Counted from the stretch's first letter, positions 1-9,653 are shown. The stretch is DNA of 60,280 nucleotides from Acidobacteriota bacterium (GCA_046725935.1 JBKOZO010000083.1:1-60280), one strand, 5' to 3'. Translations and numbers: made by a program. The notes: generated from the sequence alone by a model not told the origin.

Positions 1-2
1 CT

Positions 3-2846
3 GTGCTCCTGGAGAAGCGCAAGGCCGCCTTGACGCGCGCCCGCGGCGACGCGCTGCGGGAAGCGCTCGGTGCGGCGGAGAAGCTCCGCGACGTGCGGCG
101 CAACCGCGAGGCCGAGGCCGCGGCGGCGCTGGCGCGCGCGGAGTCGGCGCTCGCCACGGCGCGAATCGAGGCGTCGGAGGCCGCCGGCCGCCGCGACGCG
201 CTGCGCGAGGAGCTGGCGGGACTGGAATCGGCGATCGCCCGGGACGACGCCCTGCTCGACGCCAACCGGCGCGCCGTCGCCGACCTGGCCGCGCGGCGGG
301 CCGCCCTCGAACGCGAGGGACGGGACTTCTCGGCCGAGCAGACCCGCGCGGCTCGAGAGCTCGCGGAGCTGGAAGAGAGGCTGACGCGCACCGTGGCCGA
401 GGCCCGCGCGCGCTCGGAGGCGCGCGAGGAGGCCGACCGCAAGGCCTCCGAGGCCGCTCTCGCCTGCGCGGCGCTCGAGAAGGGCCTCGAAGACGCGCGC
501 AATGACGCTCTGGCGCGGGCCGGCGAGCGCGTCGCCGCGCGCAATGCCCGCCACGAGGTCGATCTCTCGGCCGAACGCGTCGCGGCGTCTCTGTCGCGCC
601 TGGTCGAAGCCGCCGGCAAGGTCGCGCAGGAGCTCGGAGGCCGGGAGCGCGAAGCCGCCGAGGCGGAAGCCGAAGCCGGACGCCTCGCGGCCGCCGCGGC
701 GGAAGCCTCGCGACGCGTGGCCGACGTCGAGGCCAGGCTCGAAGCGGCTTCGGCCGCGCTCGAAGAGGCGGAGGCGGCGCGGCTCGCCGCTCACGAAGCG
801 CACGGTGCGATCGAGCACCGGATCGCCGCGCTCTCACAGACGCTTCGGGCGCGCGAGGTCAGCGTCAACGAAGTTCGGCAGGCGCTCAAGAGCGCCGGCC
901 TCTCCGAGCACGGCGCTCTCTCGGATCGCATCCGGCCCCGCGCGGGCTGGGAAGACGCCGTGGGACTCGTGCTCGGGACGGATTCGGACGCCCTGCTCGC
1001 CTCCGGCGATCCACACCGCGCCGCCGACGCCATGCGCTCCCTTCCCGCCGCGCGGATGGTGCGGTCGGAGTGGCGCCGCGAGCCCGCGTCCGAGCGCCCG
1101 GATGGCACGCTCGGCTGGGACGCGGTTCTGGAAGGCTACGGCAAGCTCTCGCCCGCCGAGAAAGCCGCGCTGCCTCCGGCGGCTTTCGTCGAGACTCTCG
1201 CAGAGGCGCTGGCCCTCGCCGAGCGCCACCCCGGTACGACCTTCGTGGCGCGTACGCGCGAGATCGTGCGCGGCCCGATCCTGCGCGTCGCGGGCCCGGC
1301 CGCGGAGGCGTCGGGGCTCTTCTCGCTGCGGCGCGAGGAGCAGGCCCTCGCCGCCCGCCGAAAGGAGACGCAGGAGACGCTGGCGGCCGCGGTCCTCCGG
1401 GTCGAAGAATCCAAGAGCGCGAGGGAGAGCGCCGAGTCGGCGCTGCCCGCGCTGCGCGAAAAGGAGCGCGAGGCGCAGGCCGTGCATCGGGCCTTCGCGG
1501 CCCGCCTCGAGGAGCGCCTGGCTGAGCGCGAGCGGCTGCGCCGCGAGCGCGACACCCTCGACCACGAGCGGCAGGCGCTGACCGCGGACGCGTCGGGATT
1601 CCAGACGCAGCGCGCCGCGCTCGAGGAGGAGGAGCGGCGGCTGGGCGAAGCCGAGGACGCCGGGCACCAGAGGATTCGCGCCCTCTCCGCCGCGCTCGCC
1701 GAGGCGCGGGCCACGGCCATGGCCGCCGCCGAAGAGCTGGCCCACCGGCGCACCGAGGCCGAGGTCGCGGCCGAGCGCCGCCGGTCCATGGAGGCCGCAC
1801 GCGCCGCGCTCCTGGAAGCGCGCACGACTCTGGAGCGCCGGATGGCGGAGGCCACCGGGGAGGAGGCGCGGATGAACGCGCGCGCCTCGGAGCTGGCCGA
1901 AGAAGAGGCGCAGGCCCGGGAGCGCCAGAAGAACAACCTCGTCGCCCGCGAGACCCGCGCCGCCGCGCACGGCGACGCCGTCGAGCTCGCCCGGCGCACC
2001 TCCGTGCGCGTCGAAGTCGACGAGGCGTCCACCCGCACCGAGCGGGCCACGCTCGACGCGGCCCGCGAGGCCCGCTTCGAAGCCGAGGTCGCGGCGACCC
2101 GGAGCGCTTCGGATCTCCAACACCTCGTCTCCCAGGCCCGCGAGGAGTTCGGCGTCGAGCCCGACGCCCTCGAGGGTCCGGAAGACGTCTCGCCCGAGGC
2201 TCTCGCCGCGCTCGAGACCGAAGTGGCGGAGCTGGCCGCTTCCATCGAGCGCCTGGGCCCGGTCAACGTGCTCGCCTTCGAAGAGCACAAGGAGATGTCG
2301 GAACGCCTGACGTTTCTGACGACGCAGCGCGACGACCTCCTGCGTTCGATCGCCGAGCTCCAGGAATCGATCCGCAAGATCAACGCGACCTCGTCCGAGC
2401 GCTTCGCCGACGCGTTCCACAACATCAACGCCAACTTCAAGGAGATGTTCACGCGGCTCTTCCAGGGCGGCACCGCCGAGATGAAGCTCCTGGACGAGAC
2501 CGACATCCTCGAATCCGGCATCGAGATCGACGCGCATCCGCCGGGCAAGCGCAACCAGTCGATCCTGCTGCTGTCCGGAGGCGAGAAGGCCCTGACGGCG
2601 ATCGCCCTGCTGATGGCGATCTTCCGATACAAGCCGTCGCCGTTCTGTATCCTCGACGAAGTCGACGCGCCGCTCGACGAGGCCAACATCGACCGCTTCA
2701 CGCGCCTGCTGCGCGACATGACCGAGGACACGCAGTTCATCGCGATCACCCACAACAAGCGCACCATGGAGACCGCCGACGTCATGTACGGCGTGACCAT
2801 GGAGGAGCCCGGCTGCTCCAAGATCGTCTCGGTCAAGTTCGATTGA
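3..2846 (+). CDS. smc: Chromosome segregation protein SMC (5'-truncated by window edge)
   Basis: Long coiled coils, a hinge region, and a C-terminal head with LSGGEKAL signature, Walker B/D-loop CILDEVDAPLD and ITHNK switch. Confidence 0.96.
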   Translation: MLLEKRKAALTRARGDALREALGAAEKLRDVRRNREAEAAAALARAESALATARIEASEAAGRRDALREELAGLESAIARDDALLDANRRAVADLAARRAALEREGRDFSAEQTRAARELAELEERLTRTVAEARARSEAREEADRKASEAALACAALEKGLEDARNDALARAGERVAARNARHEVDLSAERVAASLSRLVEAAGKVAQELGGREREAAEAEAEAGRLAAAAAEASRRVADVEARLEAASAALEEAEAARLAAHEAHGAIEHRIAALSQTLRAREVSVNEVRQALKSAGLSEHGALSDRIRPRAGWEDAVGLVLGTDSDALLASGDPHRAADAMRSLPAARMVRSEWRREPASERPDGTLGWDAVLEGYGKLSPAEKAALPPAAFVETLAEALALAERHPGTTFVARTREIVRGPILRVAGPAAEASGLFSLRREEQALAARRKETQETLAAAVLRVEESKSARESAESALPALREKEREAQAVHRAFAARLEERLAERERLRRERDTLDHERQALTADASGFQTQRAALEEEERRLGEAEDAGHQRIRALSAALAEARATAMAAAEELAHRRTEAEVAAERRRSMEAARAALLEARTTLERRMAEATGEEARMNARASELAEEEAQARERQKNNLVARETRAAAHGDAVELARRTSVRVEVDEASTRTERATLDAAREARFEAEVAATRSASDLQHLVSQAREEFGVEPDALEGPEDVSPEALAALETEVAELAASIERLGPVNVLAFEEHKEMSERLTFLTTQRDDLLRSIAELQESIRKINATSSERFADAFHNINANFKEMFTRLFQGGTAEMKLLDETDILESGIEIDAHPPGKRNQSILLLSGGEKALTAIALLMAIFRYKPSPFCILDEVDAPLDEANIDRFTRLLRDMTEDTQFIAITHNKRTMETADVMYGVTMEEPGCSKIVSVKFD

Positions 2847-2903
2847 GCCGCGCCTCCGGCGTTTGACCTGCCGCCCCGCATCCCGTAGGATTCGCCGTTC
2901 CGA

Positions 2904-2979
2904 GCCGACGTAGCTCAGTCGGTAGAGCAGCGGTTTCGTAAACCGCAGGTCACCGGTTCAAGTCCGGTCGTCGGCTCCA
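2904..2979 (+). tRNA. tRNA-Thr (anticodon CGT)
   Basis: GCCGACG acceptor stem pairs with CGTCGGC; D-arm TAGCTCAGTCGGTAGAGC; anticodon stem GCGGT/ACCGC with loop TTCGTAA; T-loop GGTTCAAGTCC; encoded CCA end. Confidence 0.97.
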
Positions 2980-2987
2980 ACCCGAAC

Positions 2988-3389
2988 ATGCGAAAACTGC
3001 TGGCATTGTTCCTCGCGGCCGCCGCGACGGCCTGCGGCAAGCCGCCCGAGGTGACGCGCGAGACCGCCCGCGCGGCGATCGAAGCGTCGGAGGCGTTCCG
3101 CGCGCCGCTCGAAGCGGGAATCGTGTTGACCGACACGACCTTCACGCCCAGCCCCAACGCACGGCGCGAGATCCTCGAGATCCAAGCCCTCACGGTCAAG
3201 AACGACGGTCCGATGGGCGGAGCCGGCCAGACCGCGACACTGACCTTCACGTACCGGTGGACCGAGGGCCCGCTCGCGGGGCACACGCTGCGGTCCAAGG
3301 CCCGCCTCCACAGCTCCGGCAGCGCCTGGAAGGCCTACGACGACTACCTCCGGAAGGAGCTGTTCCGCACCGAGCGCGGGGAGGACTGA
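2988..3389 (+). CDS. Hypothetical lipoprotein
   Basis: MRK, a hydrophobic stretch, then lipobox-like ATA-C; GC-rich codon usage. Confidence 0.75.
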   Translation: MRKLLALFLAAAATACGKPPEVTRETARAAIEASEAFRAPLEAGIVLTDTTFTPSPNARREILEIQALTVKNDGPMGGAGQTATLTFTYRWTEGPLAGHTLRSKARLHSSGSAWKAYDDYLRKELFRTERGED

Positions 3390-3462
3390 GCGGCAAACCC
3401 CGCGCCCGGGGAACTCGCCGGCGGTGTCCGGTTTCCTTCCTCATCAAGAGGGAGGAAGCTCC

Positions 3463-4212
3463 ATGTTCGACACGGCGCTGATCGAGTCCGCACATCCCAT
3501 CCGCGACAGGCGCAGGGCGCGGAGCCTTCCACTCGCGATCGGGCTTCATGCCGCAGTCCTCGCGGGCCTGATCATGTCGGCACTCCTTTCGACCGGAGCG
3601 GATCCGGAGCCGCCGATTACGATCATCTTTCCGGCCTTCTTCGGAGGTTCGCCCCCGCCGCAGGGGGACGACACACCGCCGACTCTTCCCCGGAACGAGC
3701 GGACGAATGCCGGAACCGTTCGTCGCGACCCGCAGCCCGTGCGGATTCCGGACGACATCCCGGCGGCGGTCCACGACACGGGCGCGCAGGACGTCGTCGG
3801 CGAAGACGACGTCGGCGGTGAGAGTGTTGACGGAGGCGGCTCCCCGGACAGCCCGTTCGGCGTGCCGGGAGGGACGGGTGACGCGCCGACGGTTCCCGGT
3901 AGCGGCGGAGGCGAAGAGATCCTGATCCCCGGCGTCAACGGAGTGCTTCCTCCTTTGCTGATCCGGAGGATCGAGCCCGAGTATCCCGAGCTGGCTCGCA
4001 AGCTCCACCAGGAAGGCGTCGTGATCCTCCGGGCCGTCATCACGCTCTCCGGAGCGGTGGACGAGGTCCAGGTGGTCAAGTCCGCCGGCCCGCTCCTCGA
4101 CGCGGCCGCAGTCTCCGCGGTCCGCCGGTGGAGCTACAAGCCCGCCACGCGCGACGGCCGTGCCGTCGCCGTCTATCTCGACGTGACCGTGAGCTTCTCT
4201 CTGCGCGGCTGA
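3463..4212 (+). CDS. Energy transducer TonB family protein
   Basis: GGAGG RBS before ATG 3463; N-terminal TM with His, Pro-rich linker, TonB C-domain (PEYPELAR...EGVVILRAVI...WSYKPA). Confidence 0.9.
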   Translation: MFDTALIESAHPIRDRRRARSLPLAIGLHAAVLAGLIMSALLSTGADPEPPITIIFPAFFGGSPPPQGDDTPPTLPRNERTNAGTVRRDPQPVRIPDDIPAAVHDTGAQDVVGEDDVGGESVDGGGSPDSPFGVPGGTGDAPTVPGSGGGEEILIPGVNGVLPPLLIRRIEPEYPELARKLHQEGVVILRAVITLSGAVDEVQVVKSAGPLLDAAAVSAVRRWSYKPATRDGRAVAVYLDVTVSFSLRG

Positions 4213-4274
4213 AGGATACCGCCGGCCGGCGGCCGGCGTTCCCTACTGTCGGGGGTGTGCCTTCGGTGGTCGGG

Positions 4275-5495
4275 TCACGGCATCAGCTGCGCCTGGATCA
4301 GGAACCCCTGGTCGTTTGCCGGCGAGCCGTCGATGCGCTGGCGGTGCGTCCGCGTGTAGTCCAGCACGAGCTTGAAGCTGTTGCTTCCCTTCCGGAAGTA
4401 GTACGAGGACTCGCCGGTCACGGTTGAGATTCTGCCCCGCGGCGCGTTCCGGTTGTAATCGATGTAGGAATACCGCGTCGCCATGTCCCACTTGCCGGGA
4501 ATCAGGAAGTAGCCGGCCTGCGCGTAGAAGCCGTAGGAGTAGAGCCGCACGCCGCTCGTGTCGCCTTTGGCCTGGCCCCAGAAACCTTCGCCCTGAATCG
4601 ACAGGCCCATCCACTTGAACTGCGCGTCGACGCCCCAGGACTTGATGTCTACTTTCTCTCCCTCCTCGAAGAGGCCGACGTTGCGCCCGAGCCAGCCCGT
4701 GGGACCGGCGTAGTTCAAGGCGAGCGCCTCGAAGCTGGTCGGCGAGATCTTGCGCAGCGTGTTCAGGAAGCCGTTCGTGCCGATCGAGAGCGCGGGCTTC
4801 GTGTGGCCCTGCAGGTCGGCCTCGCTGTTGCCCATCGTCCCGATCGGATTCCAGACCATGCGGAGCATCGGCATCACGTTGTTCGTGGGCCGAACCGTGT
4901 TCTGGCCGTCGCCGCCGAAGACGCCGGCCTGGTAGACGAACGTCGAGTTGCAGAAGGACCCGGCCGCCATCACGCCGATGTCGCGGCTGGGCTTGAAGGC
5001 GTCGACCGCGATCGAGCGCTCCGGAAATTGCAGGAAGCCGTCGTTGTAGAGCTCCTCGCGCGAGTACGGCGTCTTGTACTGGCCACCCTGTACGGAGAGC
5101 GCGTTGGCGAATTTCCAGTTCAACCACGCGTCGTCGAGGATTCGGTTGGCCGCGGTGCCCGCGAATTCCAGTTGCAGCCGCCAGGTCAGCCGCGGATCCA
5201 GCGCGAAACCCGAGAAGAAGAGCTTGAAGCGCCGGACCCGGAACTCGTTCGCGTCCACGCCGCCGGCCGCCGCGTCGAGATCGAAGTGCGTGAAGCGGAA
5301 CTGCAGGTTGAAGCCCATGCTTCCTTCGAACATGCCGTCCGGCGTCCGGAAGACGATTCCCCGGTATTCGACGTACTCGATGGTCTTGGGAGGAGGAGGG
5401 GGCGTCGCGGGCTCGGGCCCGTCATCCGCGAAGAGCCGCCCGGCGGCGGAAAGGAGTACCGCGAGGCACGGGAACATCCGTCGCTGTCTCGTCAT
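4275..5495 (-). CDS. OprO/OprP-family (anion-selective) porin
   Basis: Signal peptide; FRVRRFKL, LDDAWLNW, QGGQYKTPYSRE, RDIGVM motifs typical of phosphate-selective porins; amphipathic beta strands ending QAQL. Confidence 0.82.
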   Translation of the reverse strand: MTRQRRMFPCLAVLLSAAGRLFADDGPEPATPPPPPKTIEYVEYRGIVFRTPDGMFEGSMGFNLQFRFTHFDLDAAAGGVDANEFRVRRFKLFFSGFALDPRLTWRLQLEFAGTAANRILDDAWLNWKFANALSVQGGQYKTPYSREELYNDGFLQFPERSIAVDAFKPSRDIGVMAAGSFCNSTFVYQAGVFGGDGQNTVRPTNNVMPMLRMVWNPIGTMGNSEADLQGHTKPALSIGTNGFLNTLRKISPTSFEALALNYAGPTGWLGRNVGLFEEGEKVDIKSWGVDAQFKWMGLSIQGEGFWGQAKGDTSGVRLYSYGFYAQAGYFLIPGKWDMATRYSYIDYNRNAPRGRISTVTGESSYYFRKGSNSFKLVLDYTRTHRQRIDGSPANDQGFLIQAQLMP

Positions 5496-5517
5496 ACGGG
5501 CTATCCTTTCGTTAAAG

Positions 5518-5558
5518 TACGATTTAGTCCAAGAAAATCAGACTGAACCGTATAGAAT
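5518..5558. promoter_or_regulatory. Imperfect palindrome (candidate operator) abutting a -10 box between the divergent porin and mod operon
   Basis: TACGATTTAGTC-N11-GACTGAACCGTA (10/12 complementary), followed directly by TAGAAT 5553-5558, in an AT-rich intergenic gap. Confidence 0.45.
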
Positions 5559-5568
5559 CGGTGGTCTC

Positions 5569-5982
5569 ATGACGACTTCTTCACAGGGCCCCTTCACCGC
5601 GGCCGAGGCCGCCCGGCGTCTGGGGGTCAGCCACCAGACCCTCAAGCAGTGGATCTACAAGAAGCGCATCCGGTCGGTTCCGACGCCGGGAGGCCATCAC
5701 CGGATCCCGCGCTCCGAGATAGTGCGCCTTGCCGGGGTGGCCGCGGCGGCGTCGCCCGCGGAGCCGTCGGGCCTCGAAGCGATCAGCGGGCGCAACAAGC
5801 TCGCCGGCGTGGTGACGAGGCTCAAGGTCTCGGGCTTGCTCGCGGAAGTCACCCTCGAAGTCGGCGGGCAGGAGCTGACGGCGATCATCACGCGCTCTGC
5901 GGCCCGGACACTCGGCTTGAAAGTCGGCGCTCCGGCCTTCGCCCTCATCAAAGCGACGGAAGTCATGGTGATTCGCGGTTGA
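5569..5982 (+). CDS. Excisionase-like HTH + TOBE molybdate-responsive regulator
   Basis: N-terminal HTH (AEAARRLGVSHQTLKQWI...TPGGHHRIP) and C-terminal TOBE/Mop domain (ISGRNKLAG...AIITR...ALIKATEV); directly upstream of modABC. Confidence 0.9.
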   Translation: MTTSSQGPFTAAEAARRLGVSHQTLKQWIYKKRIRSVPTPGGHHRIPRSEIVRLAGVAAAASPAEPSGLEAISGRNKLAGVVTRLKVSGLLAEVTLEVGGQELTAIITRSAARTLGLKVGAPAFALIKATEVMVIRG

Positions 5983-5996
5983 AGGGAGCAAGTCTC

Positions 5997-6743
5997 GTGC
6001 CGCATTTCGGAGCCTTCGCCGCGCTCGCGGGCCTTCTGACCCTCGGGGCCGCGCCGCAGCCCGAGGTCCTGGTCTTCGCCGCCGCCAGTCTGACGGAGTC
6101 GCTCCAGGAGATCGGCAAGGCCTATGAAGCGAATTCCGGCACGAAGATCGTCTACTCCTTCGGCCCGTCGAACGACCTGCAGCGCCAGATCTCCGCGGGG
6201 GCGCCGGCCGACGTCTTCTTTTCCGCCGACACGCCGAAGATGGATGCGCTCGAGAAGGCCGGCCTGGTGCGCAAGGCCGACCGCAGGGAGTTTCTGTCCA
6301 ACGTCCTCGTCGTCGTGGTGCCCTCCGATTCGACGGCGCAGATCGCGAGCGCGAAGGACCTCGCGGCTCTGCCCAAGGTCACACTGGCGGATCCCGCCGC
6401 GGTCCCCGCCGGCGTCTATGCGAAGAAGTGGCTCGAGTCGGAGGGTGTCTGGAATCAGATGGCGCCGAAGGTCGTGCCCGCGCTCGACGTCCGCGCCGCG
6501 CTTGCGGCCGTGGCGGCCGGCGGCGTTCCCGCGGGTGTCGTTTACGCGACCGATGCCGCGACTTCGAAAGGCGTGCGCGTCGCATTCAGAGTCACGAACG
6601 ATCCCCCGATCGCCTATTCCGTAGCCGTCGTCGCGGGCTCGAAGCACGCCGCGCAAGCGCGGTCCTTCGTCCGGTTCCTCGAATCCGACGAAGCCAGAGC
6701 CGTCTTCCAGAGGCGCGGCTTTCGGATCCTGGGAACCGAGTAG
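5997..6743 (+). CDS. modA: Molybdate ABC transporter substrate-binding protein
   Basis: VFAAASL, GAPADVFFSAD, DPAAVPAGVYA, GVVYATD motifs; GTG start after GGAG. Confidence 0.95.
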   Translation: MPHFGAFAALAGLLTLGAAPQPEVLVFAAASLTESLQEIGKAYEANSGTKIVYSFGPSNDLQRQISAGAPADVFFSADTPKMDALEKAGLVRKADRREFLSNVLVVVVPSDSTAQIASAKDLAALPKVTLADPAAVPAGVYAKKWLESEGVWNQMAPKVVPALDVRAALAAVAAGGVPAGVVYATDAATSKGVRVAFRVTNDPPIAYSVAVVAGSKHAAQARSFVRFLESDEARAVFQRRGFRILGTE

Positions 6744-7421
6744 GTGTCTTCGACCGACGTTTCGATCCTCCTCCTGACGCTGCGAGTGGCGTTCTGCGCC
6801 ACGCTCATGATCCTGCCTCTGGGCATCGGCGCAGGGTGGCTTCTCGCGCGGCGCAGCGGGACCTTTCGACCCGTCGCCGAAACGCTGCTCTCTCTCCCCC
6901 TGGTGCTTCCTCCGACGGCCGTGGGCCTTCTCCTGCTCCAGGCCCTGCGCCGGACGGGCCCGATCGGCCGCTTCCTCGACTCGGCAGGCATCGAGCTCCT
7001 CTTCACTTGGAAGGCCGCTGTCGTCGCCACGGCCGTGATGTCGTTCCCGCTGCTGGTGCGGCCGGCGCGGACCGCCTTCGAAGAGATCGACCCGCGCCTT
7101 CTCGCGATGGGACGCTCGCTCGGAAGCAGTCCGCTGCGCGTCTTCGGCCGCGTCGCGCTGCCTCTGGCCTGGCGCGGCGTCCTGGCCGGCACGCTGCTCG
7201 CGTTCTGCCGGGCGCTGGGAGAGTTCGGCGCCACCATCCTCGTCGCCGGCAACATTCCGAGCAGAACCCAGACCCTCTCCCTGGCGATCTTCCAGCGCAC
7301 GCAGACCGGCCAGGACGACGCCGCCATGCGCCTCGTCGCCCTGACCGTGGTGATTGCGTTCGCCACGGTGCTCGCGTCGGAGCTGGTGGCGCGGCGGCGG
7401 AGCCAGCGGACCGCGGCGTGA
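6744..7421 (+). CDS. modB: Molybdate ABC transporter permease
   Basis: LPLVLPPTAVG, RALGEFGAT, GNIPSRTQTL motifs. Confidence 0.95.
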   Translation: MSSTDVSILLLTLRVAFCATLMILPLGIGAGWLLARRSGTFRPVAETLLSLPLVLPPTAVGLLLLQALRRTGPIGRFLDSAGIELLFTWKAAVVATAVMSFPLLVRPARTAFEEIDPRLLAMGRSLGSSPLRVFGRVALPLAWRGVLAGTLLAFCRALGEFGATILVAGNIPSRTQTLSLAIFQRTQTGQDDAAMRLVALTVVIAFATVLASELVARRRSQRTAA

Positions 7422-8479
7422 TCGAGATCGACGTCGCGCTGCCGCTGGCGCGCTTCCCTCTGCGCATCGAGACCACGCTCTCCGGCCAGGCGGTGGCCGT
7501 GCTCGGGCCTTCGGGGGCGGGCAAGACCTCGCTTCTCGAATGCATCGCGGGTCTGCGCCGGAAGGCCTCGGGCCGCATCGTCGTGTCGGGGACGACGGTC
7601 ATGCACACAGCCCGGGGAACGTATCTGCCCCCCGAGCGGCGCCGCATCGGGTACGTCCCACAAGACGCGCTTCTCTTCCCGCATTTGACCGTCGCGGACA
7701 ACGTCCGGTTCGGGATGCGCGGCGACGCGGCCGGAGAGAGCCTTTACCGCGAATCCATCGCGATCCTCGAGATCGAGGACCTCACGCCGCGTTACCCCGC
7801 CACCCTTTCCGGAGGCGAGCGCCAGCGTGTCGCGCTCGCGCGGGCGATCGCGACGGAACCGCGGCTGCTGCTGCTCGACGAGCCTCTGGCGGCGGTGGAT
7901 CAGCACCTGAAGGGACGGATCCTGCCGTACCTTCTCCGGATCCGCGACGAGCTGCGCATTCCGTTCCTCTACGTCACGCACAACGCGGGCGAGGCGCGCA
8001 CGGTGGCGAAGGAAGCGATCGTCTTGCGCGATGGTGGCGTGGCCTTCGCGGGTTCTTCCGACGAGGCCCTCCGCTCGGTTTCGGCGCTGGATCCCGAGGC
8101 GCGGTTCGACAACGTCCTGGCCGGCGATCTCGACGCCGAGACCGCGCTCGGCGAAACGGCGTCGCTTCGCGTGGGGAGCGCGGTCTTCGCCGTCCCGGCG
8201 GAAGAAGCGGAAGCGCCCGGGCGCGCCGTCTTTGCCGTGGCGCCCGAGGACGTGCTCGTCTCGACGAAGCCGCTGTCCGGCGTGTCGGCGCGCAACGTGC
8301 GGCCGGGCGCCGTGATCTCGCGCGAAGTTTCGGGCGCGACCGCCTGGATCCGCATCGGCTCGGTGGGCCTGGAGTGGACCGCGCGACTCACGCTCGCGGC
8401 CGCAGACGAGCTCGCGCTCGAGCCCGGCTCGCCCGTCTGGATCGCCGTCAAGTCCTACGCATTTCGGCGGCTTCGTTAG
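7418..8479 (+). CDS. modC: Molybdate ABC transporter ATP-binding protein
   Basis: Walker A GPSGAGKT, LSGGERQR, LLLDEP, C-terminal TOBE (SARN...IAVKS); GTGA overlap with modB. Confidence 0.93.
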   Translation: MIEIDVALPLARFPLRIETTLSGQAVAVLGPSGAGKTSLLECIAGLRRKASGRIVVSGTTVMHTARGTYLPPERRRIGYVPQDALLFPHLTVADNVRFGMRGDAAGESLYRESIAILEIEDLTPRYPATLSGGERQRVALARAIATEPRLLLLDEPLAAVDQHLKGRILPYLLRIRDELRIPFLYVTHNAGEARTVAKEAIVLRDGGVAFAGSSDEALRSVSALDPEARFDNVLAGDLDAETALGETASLRVGSAVFAVPAEEAEAPGRAVFAVAPEDVLVSTKPLSGVSARNVRPGAVISREVSGATAWIRIGSVGLEWTARLTLAAADELALEPGSPVWIAVKSYAFRRLR

Positions 8480-8503
8480 GAGTCGTCCGCGCTGCCGGGA
8501 AGG

Positions 8504-8573
8504 GCACTTCGTCCCAAGAATTGCCGTTTCCATCCCAAGAGTGTTGCCAGAAAGCGGTTTGCCCCTCTAACGT
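8504..8573 (+). promoter_or_regulatory. Sigma-70-like promoter preceded by a 21-bp-spaced direct repeat (LytTR-type box)
   Basis: TCCCAAGA at 8512 and 8533 (21 bp apart), then TTGCCA (8544)-18 bp-TAACGT (8568). Confidence 0.5.
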
Positions 8574-8598
8574 GGCCGTGTCGACGGAGGAATTCGCG

Positions 8599-9147
8599 AT
8601 GCCGGTCCCGACATTGCCGGCCGTGGCCGCCATCCTCGCCCTCACGGTGGGCGACGGCGAGATGCTGCGCCGCCCCTCCGATCTCCCGGCGAAGGCGGCG
8701 CCGGCGCCCAAGCCGTGCACCTCGCCCGAGTACCGCCAGTTCGACTTCTGGGTCGGAGACTGGGACGTCACGACGCCCAACGGAAAAGGCGCCGGGACGA
8801 ATCGCATCACGCCGATCCTGGGAGGCTGCGCCCTTCGAGAGGAGTGGAAGGGCGCGGGCGGACTCGCCGGGACGAGCCTGAACATGTGGGACGGGTCGGG
8901 CAAGCGCTGGCGTCAGACGTGGGTGGACGATCGCGGAAACGTGCTGGTCCTGACCGGCCAGTATCGCGACGCGAAGATGTCTCTCGAGGGCGAGGGCCTC
9001 GGAGGCAACGGCGTCACGGTGCGCAACCGCATCACCTGGTCGCGCCTGTCGGAAGGACGCGTCCGGCAGCTCTGGGAAACCTCCAAAGACGGCGGCAAGA
9101 CCTGGGGCGTCGAGTTCGACGGAACGTACGCTCCACGTAGTCGGTGA
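8599..9147 (+). CDS. Secreted beta-rich hypothetical protein (DUF1579-like)
   Basis: GGAGG RBS; signal-like N-terminus; QFDFWVGDWDV, WRQTWVD and SKDGGKTW motifs. Confidence 0.75.
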   Translation: MPVPTLPAVAAILALTVGDGEMLRRPSDLPAKAAPAPKPCTSPEYRQFDFWVGDWDVTTPNGKGAGTNRITPILGGCALREEWKGAGGLAGTSLNMWDGSGKRWRQTWVDDRGNVLVLTGQYRDAKMSLEGEGLGGNGVTVRNRITWSRLSEGRVRQLWETSKDGGKTWGVEFDGTYAPRSR

Positions 9148-9150
9148 TGT

Positions 9151-9270
9151 GTAGGAGCGGCCCCTGCGGCTGCCCGCGGGCGGGCGGCGACGGTCCGTCC
9201 ACCAGAGGACGACCCCCCGGCAGTAGGAGACGCCGTCCGAAGGACGGCGGCAACCCAGCCCCGCCCCTAC
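9151..9270. repeat. GTAG-family REP doublet (REPIN-like element)
   Basis: Starts GTAGGAGCGGCCCCTGCGGCTGCCC and ends GCCCCGCCCCTAC (inverted GTAGGGGCGG); internal hairpin CGCCGTCC-GAA-GGACGGCG; lies between convergent genes. Confidence 0.55.
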
Positions 9271-9653
9271 GGTGCTGGCTGCGCTGCCAACCACTTCTCC
9301 ACGGCGGCTCGATCATCGCCCTTGAGCCGCTTCAGGACTCCATCCGGATGCGTGGCGATGGTCTTCGGATTGTCGAAGGGCAGCCTCTCGTACATCTTTC
9401 CACCGGGCTCGTGGCAGGGCGCACACCGTTCCTGAAGGATCGGGCGGACCGTCGTCGCGAACGCGTCGGCCACCGGAGATGGGGTCGGCGCGATGCGCGC
9501 TTCCGGGACCATGGACCCCGCCGTATCGCGAGCGTGACCCGGGAGAAAAGGCAGCGCCAGCAGCACTCCGAAGCCCAAGAATGATCCAAGACGGCGAATG
9601 CGCCGCTCCGGCCCGCCGGATCGATGACCCGTCCCCGCAGAAGAGTTCTTCAT
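9267..9653 (-). CDS. Small exported protein with a single CxxCH (possible c-type cytochrome)
   Basis: Hydrophobic signal/TM then VRPILQERCAPCH; start position uncertain. Confidence 0.65.
   Translation of the reverse strand: MKNSSAGTGHRSGGPERRIRRLGSFLGFGVLLALPFLPGHARDTAGSMVPEARIAPTPSPVADAFATTVRPILQERCAPCHEPGGKMYERLPFDNPKTIATHPDGVLKRLKGDDRAAVEKWLAAQPAP

Noticed and set aside
2904-8479. Genomic island integrated at tRNA-Thr
   Set aside because: No integrase, and I found no duplicated tRNA 3' end; the 'excisionase-like' HTH is part of a TOBE regulator.
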